64,000 nt of DNA, taken from assembly GCA_964016885.1 (NCBI GenBank), contig OZ024751.1, forward strand, positions 12,028,001 to 12,092,000, given 5' to 3'. This DNA comes from Eledone cirrhosa. Lineage: Eukaryota. Both the position numbers and the translations under genes were made by a program. Under the pieces are notes generated by a model. The model was not told where the DNA came from, searched no databases, and worked only from the letters and a program-made list of their open reading frames with translations. Each line of letters starts with the position of its first letter. Positions within the stretch are counted from its first letter, which is position 1. Positions 34,701 to 48,822 of this stretch are shown piece by piece.

Positions 34701-34944
34701 GATAATTGCCAGCTATTTCGTTCACCGCTTCCAATTCCAATTTAGTGGGTTCTTTACTGACTCTAGTGTTGTATGGTCTGTCACTCACATTAAGGCTGTG
34801 TATCTCTTGAAACATATCATTCCATATCACTTGTAGGGTGCCCACAAGTTTTTGGTGCTCTGTTTGTTCAGTAGAGTCATGAATTTCAGCCTCGTTGTTG
34901 ATGTGGTGACAATTACTACTAGAGTCAGCTGACCTTTCTCGCTG
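31760..34944 (-). mobile_element. R4/Dong-like (R2-group) non-LTR retrotransposon, 5'-truncated, inserted in (TA)n
   Basis: RT followed by CCHC knuckle and restriction-like endonuclease; both ends abut (TATG)/(TA)n arrays. Confidence 0.9.
31816..34944 (-). pseudogene. RT-RLE ORF with one in-frame TAA at 33148-33150
   Basis: RT motifs [40 protein letters not shown]; same frame continues *GDNYRYLGQ…; CRLC..EDVSHIVASC, RHD, RPDIVV, VEISCP..EKEDIY; frame open to the 5' junction. Confidence 0.9.
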
Positions 34945-37330
<2,386 letters not shown>

Positions 37331-37334
37331 ATGT

Positions 37335-37525
37335 ATTAATAAGAGGAATTCCAACTTTGTCTGATTTACTCGTTTTATTTACAATCCTTTAAAATGTATA
37401 ATGGTATTATAATGAAATAGTATGATAGAATATTAAATTCTAAGTGTTAATTGAACAAGTACTTTCATGCTTTCGCAATCTTCAGGTTCATAATATGTGG
37501 TGACAGTCAAGTTTGCAATTTTCAA
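37335..37525 (-). mobile_element. Short HHR element family A (minus copy)
   Basis: Reverse complement of 38951-39141; same family as both arms of 50351-50733. Confidence 0.85.
37452..37490 (-). ncRNA. Minimal type-I hammerhead ribozyme
   Basis: Minus strand tgaac-CTGAAGA-ttgc(gaaa)gcat-GAAA-gtac-TT-gttca. Confidence 0.85.
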
Positions 37526-37586
37526 CTGTAATGAGATGGGTAAATTTTCTACCTTACATACAGTGAAAAGTAGCTCCAGAATGCTA

Positions 37587-37817
37587 AATCTTGCAAACTG
37601 TATTTCGACCAATCAGTGTGTATTGTGTACAATGTGCATCAATTGTTTTGCTATTTTTAGAAATAATTGATGCTTTGGATATGAAACAATTGATGCTTTG
37701 GATATGATTAATTATTGGTCGTTAGACATGCTCAACCAGCCGTGACGCTTAAACCAATCAGCTTTAGTAATTCAGTGAAACTACACACTGATTGGTCGAA
37801 ATACAGTTTGCAAGATT
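37587..37817. mobile_element. MITE-like element with ~36-bp inverted repeats
   Basis: aatcttgcaaactgtatttcgaccaatcagtgtgta / tacacactgattggtcgaaatacagtttgcaagatt. Confidence 0.65.
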
Positions 37818-37882
37818 CAGCTTGCAAGATTTCCTGATTTATATATAATTATATAAATGTAATATGAGTTTTTCGAATAATA

Positions 37883-38278
37883 ATAATTGTTTCTACTTTT
37901 TGGCACAAGGCCAGCAAATACCCAGTGTATTACTGGTACTTTATTTTATCGACCCCCGTAAGGATGAAAGGCAAAGTCAACCTCAGCGGGGTTTGAACTC
38001 AGATCGTTAAGGGACGTAACTATGCTGGAAAGCATGGCATCCGACCCTCTACCGATACTGCCAATCCACCGCCTTTTCGAATAATAATAATTGTTTCTAC
38101 TTTAGGCACAAGGCCAGCAATTTACCCAGTGTATTACTGGTACTTTATTTTATCGACCCCGTAAGGATGAAAGGCAGAGTTAACCTCGGCGGGATTTGAA
38201 CTCAGAATGGCAAGGGTCGTAACTCTATGCGTCAAAGCATGGCGTCCGACCCTATACCGATACTGCCAATCCACCGCC
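37883..38278 (-). mobile_element. Two tandem tRNA-derived SINEs
   Basis: Full-length copies 37883-38073 and 38085-38278; ttttcgaataataataat before, between and after. Confidence 0.9.
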
Positions 38279-38546
38279 ATTTTCGAATAATAATAATAAT
38301 ATTCGATTCGTTAGCAATTATGCAAACACCCTCTTTTTAAGCGATGTCAGTAGAAAGACCCTATAATTAACAGTTTGCAAAGGGGGACCAAAAGTGAACG
38401 AAAGAAATATGGTACACAATAAATGAGTAGACTTTGACACATATTTATTATATAGAAATCCATTCTTCATAATTAGACCTGTTTCATTAAATTTGATATC
38501 ATTACGAATGTAACTCTTCCCCTCCCAGAGAAGTCAGTACTATATG

Positions 38547-38609
<63 letters not shown>

Positions 38610-38749
38610 TGTGTGTATATATATGTACTTTGGTAAACCGTATATATATATATATATGCGTGTGTGTTTCATATAGTACTGACTTCTACGGGAAAAAAAG
38701 TTTCACATACACACACACACAGACACACACACACACATATATATATATT

Positions 38750-38932
38750 AGTAAAAGGGAAAGAAAATGCTGACAAATTTTTCCCAGTGAAAAATAGTTT
38801 AATTAGGAATAAGTAGAAATTAGTAATGAGTATTGGTTAGTATTCAGTTTTAGTTTTAAGTCTTTACCGGTTGCGCATTTCTAATGCTTTTCAAAAATAA
38901 TTTTGAGATAGAGCGCTCGTGATGTTTGCTCT
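38750..38932 (-). mobile_element. Short element family C
   Basis: Near-identical to 5818-5996, flanked by TA repeats. Confidence 0.75.
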
Positions 38933-38950
38933 AATCTATATATATGTATA

Positions 38951-39141
38951 TTGAAAATTGCAAACTTGACTGTCACCCCACATTATGAACCTGAAGATTG
39001 CGAAAGCATGAAAGTACTTGTTCAATTAACACTAAACATTTAATATTCTATCATACTATTTCATTATAATACCATTATAAATTTTAAAGGATTGTAAATA
39101 AAACGAATAAATCAGATAAAGTTGGAATTCCTCTTATTAAT
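38951..39141 (+). mobile_element. Short HHR element family A (plus copy; HHR 38986-39024)
   Basis: tgaac-CTGAAGA-ttgcgaaagcat-GAAA-gtac-TT-gttca. Confidence 0.85.
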
Positions 39142-39392
39142 ATGTATATATACGTATACGATTTTGGAAAGTCACTAATGATATTTCAGCGACCTCCGGC
39201 CATGACCTTCTCACTCAATGAGACAATAAGCTTGCAGTTGTGAAACTGCATCTCGTTGTTCAGAGTTATATATTGAGTAGAGTTATAATAGTTATATATT
39301 GAGTGCAGTGGCTGTGTTTAGGTGAAGATACATTTTGTATCTAACGCCTAGGTGGATTCCACTTCAATACAGTTATTCAGCCCAACAGTTAT

Positions 39393-40097
39393 TCACCCTG
39401 TCACCCACGTTGTGGATTGTATTTCTATTGACCACTGGCCGAAAGTCTCTGTCCGCTGAGGCATTATTGCCCATCGCTGTCGTTGACAGACTTTAGCTGT
39501 TTTAACGCTAGTTCTGGTGATGAGTTTTCTCGTTTTCTTATATATTCAAATAGACGTCTGCTTCGTCTCGATCAGAGAATACATTGTTTTACCATTACCA
39601 TAGCTATAATTAGTTTTCTATTTAGGACAGATACCACAGTGTGAGGTCGATTTTCCCATTATTTTCTTTTCTTTGTTTCCTTTCGTCCTTCTATCTCTCC
39701 TTTTTTTATCACACACACACACACACACACAGACTCACACACAACATACCAGCGGAAATTTTTATTTTTCTGTTGCACGATCCAGCATTTTAAAATAGTA
39801 CTCTATATTAAATCGTTCAAATTTGCTGGTTTGAGAGTCTGTGTGTGTGTAAACTTGTCTTTTACATCGCCTTTCTTTATTTCCTTCTTCCAGACACTTA
39901 ATGGAGCCAGCGCACTTCTTCCTGTCCTCCTTCTCATTCAATATTTGTTATAGAATCATTTACCTATCACCCACCTTGTCTCTCTATTGACAACTGGCTG
40001 CAGGGTTCTGTCCTCTGTGGCATTTTTGCCATCGCTGTCTTTGACAGCATATACCTGTTTTAACGCCTGTTCTAGCGATGAGTTTACTCATTTATAT
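39393..40097. repeat. Diverged ~140-bp direct repeats (39393-39544 and 39961-40097)
   Basis: Shared tcacccac…tctattgac.actggc…gccatcgctgtc.ttgacag…ctgttttaacgc…gatgagttt. Confidence 0.65.
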
Positions 40098-40102
40098 ATT
40101 TT

Positions 40103-40578
40103 AGTCTTAGGTACATCCGCGCCGTTCGGCGCATCGAGCAGTAAGTACTCGCCAACGCTCACAATTAGTGGTGACCTTTCGCGTCCGTGCCAAGTGATGT
40201 TGGCTGCCATCAGGTCTTTTCGGAACGGTCGTCGCCAGGTGATACTTGGGCAACCCTGCCTCCGTTGCCGCCAGCTCGAGTCAAGTTCATCGCTTTTTTC
40301 GAGTGTCGTTCGTCGGGCAAGCGAAAAATATGGCTAGCCAGGTGACACCGAAGCTCCGCGACCATCTTCTGTTGCGTCCACGACTCGGGTCTCCGCAGAA
40401 TTTCCTCGTTTTGCACTTGGTCGTGCCAAGACACACGAAGGATCATTCGCAGGCGTCGCTGGTGGAAAGTGTTGAGCTGTCTCTATATCTTTGCCTTGCT
40501 CTTCCAGGTTTCACTCGCGTAAAGCACTGTCGGCAGCACGATGTTCTTCCACAGGTGCAGCTTGGTCCCTATGCTGAT
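40103..40578 (-). pseudogene. 3' fragment of a second RTE-clade LINE
   Basis: Translation ILRVSWHDQVQNEEILRR…HLASHIFRLPDERHSKKAM followed by a frameshifted G.R.RG.P..TWRR-like segment. Confidence 0.75.
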
Positions 40579-41295
40579 GCATATATATATATATATATAT
40601 ATATATCATAAATCATGTCCTTAGAATTATTAGATAAAATATATACCATTTCCTCTCCCAATTAGCATAATTAACCATATAAAAAAATCAATTAGACCAG
40701 GCTATAAGAATAAAGGCTCCTATGAAGAAATATTTGATAAATAATATATATATATAGATAGATAGATACAGTTGTGTATGTGCGTGTATCTGCGCCCACA
40801 TGTGTATACATTTGAGAAATCGAAGTTCGATACTCAGTAATGGCTGCTGAAGCCTTTTTTCCGATCCCTAATCGTATTTTACACAATTTCGAAAATTGTT
40901 TGTTTATAACGACAGAGAGAGTTTAAAGATATTCCTTTCTTTTGGAGTCCAACATTTCATATATAACTATCAATATATCTACCTCTATATATGTGTGTGT
41001 GAAAGTGTGGTATGTGTGTGTGTGTCTGTGTTTGCGTGTGTTTGTATGTCCCTATGTGTATGTATGTATGCATTTACACAAACATACATATGCATGTACA
41101 TTATACTACATGATGTTATGAGAAGTAAATAGTTCCAAACGTATACTTTCCCCTATACAATTACTACTAATATTACATGCCTCTCGTGACATCGTATGCT
41201 ATTGTCTCATATACATTCAGTGCTTGTGAGGACCTGGACACCTAATATATACATAGATATACATGTCTATATATATATACGCATATATATATATA

Positions 41296-41340
<45 letters not shown>

Positions 41341-41355
41341 CTCTGTGTTTGCGTG

Positions 41356-41391
<36 letters not shown>

Positions 41392-41606
41392 TTAGATATA
41401 CATAGCAAAATTGTAAAGTTATAAAATTAAAATTAGAATAAAAGTGAAGTAAATATTTTCCTTTTTACAAATATATATATATATATATGATTCCAGTTCC
41501 TCGGACGACTAACAACAGACCCAGGAGCTGGAGATATCGATATATTATTGACAGAGTGAAACACACTTCAACAACATGTGTACCTGTCTTTTCCACACCA
41601 ATTCGG

Positions 41607-41661
41607 ACTGCTTGGAGAGGTCACAGCCAATAATAGCTGTGACCGAAATTTATATAGCAGT
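41607..41661 (+). ncRNA. Hammerhead ribozyme-like motif
   Basis: actgc-TTGGAGA-ggtcacagc(caataata)gctgtgacc-GAAA-ttta-TA-ta-gcagt; 9-bp stem II, paired stem I, core variant. Confidence 0.6.
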
Positions 41662-41775
41662 AAATTTATAATTTATAATAAACGAAGCCAAATTTTACAT
41701 ATTTGACTTACTTATAACATATATATATATATATAAAATAAAATAAGAATCAAAGATCTGTTCAAAACATTTTTA

Positions 41776-41822
41776 TGCTTACAACTGTTTCCTCCAAACC
41801 GAGGTTGGGATTCTTCGGAGCA
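41776..41822 (-). ncRNA. Hammerhead ribozyme in PLE pLTR (second copy 45423-45469 plus)
   Basis: tgct-CCGAAGA-atcccaacc(tc)ggtttggag-GAAA-cagttg-TA-agca; core has U4C change. Confidence 0.65.
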
Positions 41823-43255
41823 ATTTATTAATGAATGAACACTTATATGACCTCCTTTTCAACCCAAGAGACATACAGATACATATGCAAACATTGCTGC
41901 TTGGTGGGTCGACATCCATTACAGCATATAGTGTGGCAGTATACATTTAAAGGTTAGATTCATATTAAAAGAGGATAAAATCAAAAATACAGATTAAAAT
42001 ACAATATGAAATTACTGCGATAGGATAGTCATAAGCAGTTATTGAGTGCAATAGTTGCACGTGTGGCAAGCACGTGCGTCTTGTTTATATAATGCTATAG
42101 TGTGGCAGAGTGTTACATGTAATAGAAGCACTTAAACAGGTGATCAAGCGTGTTAGGGGGGTTGAACTGGTAATGAATCCTTTATATGATTGTTATAACC
42201 TGTGCGCGGGGAAATAATATAAGCATTAAAAATATTGGAAATGCGTAGCAAAGCGATGATATGGATATCATGTACAGCACCATTTTCACAGTCCGGGTAG
42301 CGTATTATTCAGATTATATGCCCCTCACAATATCTACGACGGTTCGATATTGGGCGTTTGACGATCCTGTTAGAGAATCGTAGTTGGTTGGTCTTTAGCT
42401 CAATACAGCAGGTTGTTACGTTGCGAGAATCGACATTGATTTATTTTCCGGAAGTGTGCGTGTGACTAAGGGGAGATAATGCGTGAGGGGAGGTAACTCA
42501 GTGGTTTCTATGACTAACTATTAAATGGTGTCTCAAAATAGTCCCTAGCTTATATGGTTATACACAGTTTCTAAAAATGTAAAGTGTCTTAACTATAATG
42601 TAGTCTATCACGCAGTATTAAAGGTGTTCATACTAGGGTGATTATCCTCCATTGTAGAGTGCCACAATTGAATATTTTACACGATGAGCGAGATTTCTAA
42701 ATCAATGATTATTGTGATTGTAGTCTACTCATAGAGCCTGGCAGGGTGATTATATAATCACTTCAATATATAATAATCCCTGGTAAGCTCTGGGTCAGTG
42801 CATGTTATATTGGATGTCGAAAGTTAACTATCAATAGGGTAGACCAGAGGTCAGTCTATACTCCTCATGTCACTAGTTGAGCATCAATTCATACATATAT
42901 GTACAACTCATACGCCACTTGCAATGCATTCACTGCACTCAGCAAATATGTTATACAGCTCATCAACGTTACTAGATTAATTAGTCTTCCATTTATCCAA
43001 CGATGGCACTTCACCCGCAGAGCACCAACAATACAATCAATTCCATGCTTAAATTTTACATTAATTATAAAGTGGTGTAGTGCAGTTCAAGCACCTGGAT
43101 GCAGTCACACCTAAAGTAGAAGTACAAAGGGGTATTCTTACTGTGAAGTTCTAGAGGGATGTCCCTATTAGTGTTATGTTGGATCAATGAGTGTGGGGAT
43201 GTGGTATAAGGTGTGCCCTTGGTGTTTGGTGCTAGAGGTGGTGCCTGGTTCAAGT

Positions 43256-45225
43256 TCAACATTGCTGTATATTGGGCTTAAAGTTTTGGAAGGAATGTCT
43301 GAAGCGGTGCTGGCAAGTTGCGAACACTTCAGATTTTTTGTTAAGTAGGTTATGGTTAGAGAAGATAATAGTGTGGGTCTCTAGTAGACAGAGGTTACAA
43401 AATGTATTAGGTGGTTTGTACGAAGGCGCGCTACCTATCACTTCCCATTTGAGTGTGTAAGATTTAGTTTTAGTTTTTAGATAGTGTATGCAGCTAGATA
43501 GTGAGGTGGAGTTGGCTAGACTGTGTTTTTTGAACGGGTGGATGTGCGAATTATACCTGGTTTTGAAGCAGTGAGAAGTGGAGCCTACATAGGTTTCTGA
43601 AGAGTTGCTAGTTGTGACGGTGCATGAGTATACGATATCCTTGATTAAGCATATTTTATCTAAAGGGCAGGTTCTATTTGCTTTACAGTTACAATTATTC
43701 TGGGTGTTAGTCTGCTGGTTATAATGCTGTGCAGAAGTCCGGGTAAAAGCTGTAGGATTTTGGATAAGGGGGTTGTCGGCCCTGGTGTTATTGCTTATAC
43801 TAGTGCTATTACTATTATTACTGCCGTTATTAGGGTTACTTGCTACAGAGTTATTTTGAAGGTTTACCCTGTTGCGATTTCGTTTGTTGGAAGTAAGAAT
43901 TAATTTTTTCTTTTATTGCTACTGGTATGCTATGTTAGGCGTCGTAGAGTATGAAATTTTAATAGTGTTTTTGTTTAAAAGGTTATGGTACTTGTGTCCT
44001 AGAGAGAAGTTTTTATCTAGTAGTGAGAAGAAAGCCCTAGGTATGTTGGTAGAGACGTTTAGGTTGAAAGGAGGGTTGAAAAATGTATTATTTCTTCTTC
44101 TATTTTTGTTTTTAGTGTCTGGTGTGTTGTTTCCTCTTAAGGTACTACGGTAGTTTCCGTGGTAATGGTTACTTTTGATGGTACCCTCTGTTTTAGTGTG
44201 CGTGTGGTTGCTATTCATATTACTAGGTTTCCCCATGGATATATTGTGCGAGATAATGTTGTAGCTATGTGTTTTCCTAGGTAGGAACTCAATCTCTATA
44301 TTATGGCCGGATCTAGCTAATGCTTGGTTATAATATTGGGAGTTTTTGCTAAATATGTTTCCGTCATAGGATAGATTAGAGATTCTATTGGATACCCCCT
44401 CAGAAATAGAGTTTAATATTGATCTAGGGTGATTAGACTTGGTATCCACGTAAATGAGTTTTTCGTTAGGGTTATGGAAAGGTGTATATATCTTTGAGTC
44501 TAGGTATAGTGTGGCGTCTAGAAAGTTAACGTTTTTAGTGTTTTTGTCCATGGTGATGCTAAGGTTATAGTGTTTGAATGTCCTGTGCAATAGTTTTCTA
44601 GTTCTTTCTATATTGAATTTTTTATATTCTATAAGTAGAAGTGCATCATCGCGGTACACACCACCGTTGAGGTATGGAAGGTCCTTATGGATTTCATTAA
44701 GTAAGTATAGGCCGACTAAATCAGTGACCTGCGCCGAGTCACTAGACCCCATGGTTATGTCGAAGTTGTTGTGCGTATCCTTGCGGGTCCATAATTGGTC
44801 TTCAAAGGTGATTATGGTTTTACGGGCCGCAAGGATGACATCAACCTGGGTTCTAGTCAGGTCGCTACTGTTCATGGCCATGATTAGTGCCTTATTTAAT
44901 AGGATAGGGGAAATAGGGGTGTAGTATGAATTGATATCAAATTGAATAAATTTGTTGTCCTTGTTATTCTTGATATCTTTGAACCATTCAATAACTTCAC
45001 CCGTATTTCCCCATTGCTTAAGGTGTATCTTGTGTTTAATCTGTGGGATGATTTTATCTAAAATGTTTTTGCTGATAATGCCAATGTCAGACATGGAAGG
45101 GCACATAAGTCTAATCGAGGAGTCTAATCGAGGGGTTGCTAATGAAGTCCTCCTTATGGTCCTTCAGAGAGAATCTAGGGGGGTTTGAGGTGTATGGTTG
45201 TGTATGCCTATGAAGTCCTATTTTA
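43256..45225 (-). pseudogene. PLE RT + GIY-YIG endonuclease, two frameshifts
   Basis: FSLKDHKEDF..NPSIRL, FIQFDINSYY, FDITMGSSDSAQVTDLVGLYLL, VYRDDALL; after frameshift ~43920: CNCKANRTCPL, DIVYSCTV…YVGST, LKWEV, CNLCLLE, LLNKKSE..TCQH; 13-bp duplication 45108-45133 gives the other frameshift. Confidence 0.88.
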
Positions 45226-45552
45226 GACACTATATTATATCCCTCTATATTAATATCCTCTAAGTTTTATCCTCTTTTAATATGAATGTAACCTCTAAAT
45301 GTATACTGCCACACTAAATGCTGTAATGGATGTCGACCCACCAAGCAGCAATGTTTGCATATGTATCTGTATGTCTCTTGGGTTGAAAGGGAGGTCATAT
45401 AAGTGTTCATTCATTAATAAATTGCTCCGAAGAATCCCAACCTCGGTTTGGAGGAAACAGTTGTAATCATAAAAATGTTTTGAACAGATCTTTGATTCTT
45501 ATAACTTATATATAACTGCTCTGTAAAACATCTGATGTTATTACATTGAGCT

Positions 45553-48516
45553 ATGGAATATCCTATGGAATGCAAAACGGAGCTGGAAAAGTGTTTCACA
45601 AAAATACGTTGGAATGCAAAGGTAAACAACAACAACAATAATAACGGTAGTAGTAATATAAACAATAACTCTGGGTATAGAAATAACAGCCATAACCATA
45701 ACAATGGCAGGAAAGTGAGAAATAGTGATAATGGTAATAATACTAGCGATAGACAGAACAACAACAACCACAATAATAATAATAATAGAAACGTTAACCA
45801 CAGACACAGCAACAGTGACCACAGTAGTAATAACGGTAACAATACGAACAACAACAACAACAATAACCACAGTGGTAATAATGGAAATAGTACATGTAGC
45901 AACATCAACAAAAACAAGAAACATAATAATAGTAACAACCACAATGGTAGAAATAGCAGTAACAACAACAACAATAACGGTGAAGTAAACAACAATACAT
46001 CTAGCAATCATAACAATAATAATATTAATGCTAAGGATAGAAACAACAACAACCACCATGATAACAATAATAGCAACACACACAACTATGACGATAGAAA
46101 TAACGACAACCCCTTAGAGAAACTATTTTTCAACCCAGCTGACAAAACATATAAGATGGGTAATATCTATCCTACGAGGTTACCCTTTAATAAAAGAGTT
46201 TGCATACCACAACAAATAGATGACGAGACGGAGGCACAGTTCACCATAGCTAGAAATAAGATTAGACAAGTAGTAGACAGGTACACTATGAGACAGAGCA
46301 GACCAGAGGCCCAACAACTTGGGATAAAACCTGTAGAAGGCTTGGTTAGCCTCAAGCAGCGCACAAGGGATGGTGAGGTAGTGTGTCTACCCACAGATAA
46401 GTCTGGTAGGATGTCAATAGATAGCATGCCGAACTACATCGAGGCAATGCAACCCCACATCACCAACACGAGCGAAGTTGCACAACTAACACACGATGGG
46501 AGAGAAAAAATCCTCAACGCTCACATGATGATGTGGACTGACATCCTAAAGCCAAGCAGACGCACTGCCAACAACTTCCAGGCGTCTAACAATGGCATAC
46601 CACCCTTGTATGGGCTCCGCAAAGACCACAAGACAGTCGACGACCCGACAATAGGACCACCAACAAGACCTGTATGCGGAGCTAATATAGCTAGCAACTA
46701 CAGGATCTCCTACTTCCTCTCAGTGGTTATACGCCCCATAATCAAGATGTCCCCAGATGTATGTGAAAGTACAGAGGACCTCCTCAGCAGAATCAGTGAG
46801 TGCAACAAAAACAGGAGCCTATCCAACTGCATAATAGGCAGCATGGATGTGGTGTCACTGTACCCATCCATTAACATTGATTTTGCTGTGAAAAGATGTG
46901 TGGAGATGATCATTGAGAGTGAGGTGGAGTTCTGCGACGTCGACACAGACGAACTGGGCCTCCTACTTAGACTTACCTACGACACTGACTACCTAGACAG
47001 CCATGACCTTAGATGTTTCTGCCCTAGTAGACCAATAAGAGGTAGACCCCCCACCATAACCTCAATGGCTAAAAAGACTCCCATAGGAAGGTGGATTGGG
47101 TGGACCAAAGCTATACGGACCCCCCAAAACACTGATCAGGTAAGAAAAATGGTCGCACATGCAATAGGGGCTAGTATCAAAACTACCCTAAAGGGCCACA
47201 TATTTAAGTTCAATGAGAAAATCTACACCCAAAATGAGGGAGCAGCCATCGGCGTCAGCATAGCTGGCGATGTTGCCAACCTTTTCATGGTATGGTGGGA
47301 AAGGAGACTTAAAGATCTCCTTAATGAAAGCTCCATAGACCTCATCATGTACTCTCGTTATGTAGACGATATCAATATAGTTATAAGAACACCCCCACTA
47401 GAGAGCACTAACAAGTTTGATTTAGAACGTAGCACGATGGAAAGCATCCAGCAGATAGCTAATTCCATACACCAGAGTATAACTGTAACTATAGACTTCC
47501 CTTCCAAACACCCTAACAATAGACTACCTGTATTAGACACAGAACTCTGGATTAACACTATAGACGAGAGAGCCCAAATTCTCCACTCACACTATGCTAA
47601 ACCCATGGCCTCCAAATACCTGATACTCAAAAACTCAGCAATGTCCAGTAGTGCTAAGTTTAATATTCTGATCGCAGATTTGGTACGAGTGATGAAGAAT
47701 GTGTCCAGCATGTGCGACCCAACAGAAATGGAAGGACACATCCAACACTTCATCAACCGCATGCAGTTCTCTGGCTACAACCAAAGAGACAGAGTCAGAG
47801 TATACGAAGGAGCCATGGAAAAGTATAAGACCCTCATAGAACTGGACATGAAAGGAATTTGCCCACTATACAGGAGCAAATCATGGAATAGCTTAGATAG
47901 GGCTAGACATAAGATAGGGAAGGCCACATCATGGTACGACAACCAGAGATATCAGAGTGTCATGTTTGTGGACGCCACCCCTGGAGGGAAATTAGCTAAC
48001 CAGTGTAGAAAGGCCCTGAGAAAGACCCACTTAAAAATAAAGGTGGTAGAAAAGCCAGGAACCACCATAAAATCCCTGATCAGCAAAACCTACCCTTTTA
48101 AGAAAACCCACTGTACCAATAGGAAATGTATCATATGTAAGGTGAACCCCCGGATAAACTGTAAAACTAGAAACGTAGTCTATAGCATAAGATGTACAGA
48201 GGGTACTTGCAGAAACACGACAACAACATACATAGGTGAGACAGCTCGTAGCATAGGTGAAAGGATAGACCAACACTGGGGGGAACTAAAAGGACGAAAA
48301 AACGGGTCAGTACTATACGAACATGCTAGACAACATCATGACGGTAACATAGACAACATAGAAATTAGAATAATATCTAAACATAGGAATGACCCAGCAG
48401 ATAGGCAAATCAGAGAGGCCAGTGAAATAGAAATTAGAAGACCAAAGCTAAACAGAAAGAATGAGTGGAACAACAACAACACCCAAACAAACAACACTGA
48501 CCTAAGAGAAGTATAA
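45553..48516 (+). CDS. Penelope-like element ORF (Neptune/Nematis-type): Asn-rich N-terminus, RT, Zn-finger linker, GIY-YIG endonuclease
   Basis: PTDKSG, LYGLRKDHK, PPTRPVCG, GSMDVVSLYPSI, QNEGAAIGVS, YSRYVDDI, LPVLD; CTNRKCIIC linker; NVVYSIRC..C…YIGETARSIGERIDQH, HARQHH, EASEI, LNRK. Confidence 0.93.
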   Translation: MEYPMECKTELEKCFTKIRWNAKVNNNNNNNGSSNINNNSGYRNNSHNHNNGRKVRNSDNGNNTSDRQNNNNHNNNNNRNVNHRHSNSDHSSNNGNNTNNNNNNNHSGNNGNSTCSNINKNKKHNNSNNHNGRNSSNNNNNNGEVNNNTSSNHNNNNINAKDRNNNNHHDNNNSNTHNYDDRNNDNPLEKLFFNPADKTYKMGNIYPTRLPFNKRVCIPQQIDDETEAQFTIARNKIRQVVDRYTMRQSRPEAQQLGIKPVEGLVSLKQRTRDGEVVCLPTDKSGRMSIDSMPNYIEAMQPHITNTSEVAQLTHDGREKILNAHMMMWTDILKPSRRTANNFQASNNGIPPLYGLRKDHKTVDDPTIGPPTRPVCGANIASNYRISYFLSVVIRPIIKMSPDVCESTEDLLSRISECNKNRSLSNCIIGSMDVVSLYPSINIDFAVKRCVEMIIESEVEFCDVDTDELGLLLRLTYDTDYLDSHDLRCFCPSRPIRGRPPTITSMAKKTPIGRWIGWTKAIRTPQNTDQVRKMVAHAIGASIKTTLKGHIFKFNEKIYTQNEGAAIGVSIAGDVANLFMVWWERRLKDLLNESSIDLIMYSRYVDDINIVIRTPPLESTNKFDLERSTMESIQQIANSIHQSITVTIDFPSKHPNNRLPVLDTELWINTIDERAQILHSHYAKPMASKYLILKNSAMSSSAKFNILIADLVRVMKNVSSMCDPTEMEGHIQHFINRMQFSGYNQRDRVRVYEGAMEKYKTLIELDMKGICPLYRSKSWNSLDRARHKIGKATSWYDNQRYQSVMFVDATPGGKLANQCRKALRKTHLKIKVVEKPGTTIKSLISKTYPFKKTHCTNRKCIICKVNPRINCKTRNVVYSIRCTEGTCRNTTTTYIGETARSIGERIDQHWGELKGRKNGSVLYEHARQHHDGNIDNIEIRIISKHRNDPADRQIREASEIEIRRPKLNRKNEWNNNNTQTNNTDLREV

Positions 48517-48784
48517 ATAAATAAGTAAATTAAATTAAATAAAATAAGATAAATAAATACATACACAAGCACATAAACACACACTAGTCACCCAGCAGAC
48601 AACACTATACACACTAGTCACACATCACACATCACACATAACACTATACACACACGCAAACGCATGCGCAAAGAAGACAAAATAAAATAAGATAAACAAA
48701 CAAGCAAATAAATATATAGACAGACTGAACAAAAAAAAATGGCGTAGACATACAACACAACAGGAGGAACAATGAATATAACAC

Positions 48785-48822
48785 CACTGACGATGTTGCA
48801 GATGTGCAACGAAAGATTTATG
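48785..48822 (+). ncRNA. Hammerhead ribozyme at 3' end of PLE
   Basis: ca-CTGACGA-t-gttgca(gatg)tgcaac-GAAA-gatt-TA-tg; stem I only 2 bp in this copy. Confidence 0.7.

Larger units (their letters stand above)
41743..45502 (-). mobile_element. Penelope-like element, Hydra-type, with inverted pseudo-LTRs
   Basis: 238-bp inverted repeats 41743-41980 / 45265-45502 each with an HHR; RT and GIY-YIG coding between. Confidence 0.85.

Noticed and set aside
45553-48516. Naiad/Chlamys-type or selenoprotein-encoding PLE
   Set aside because: GIY-YIG is C-terminal, an HHR is present and there are no in-frame TGA codons
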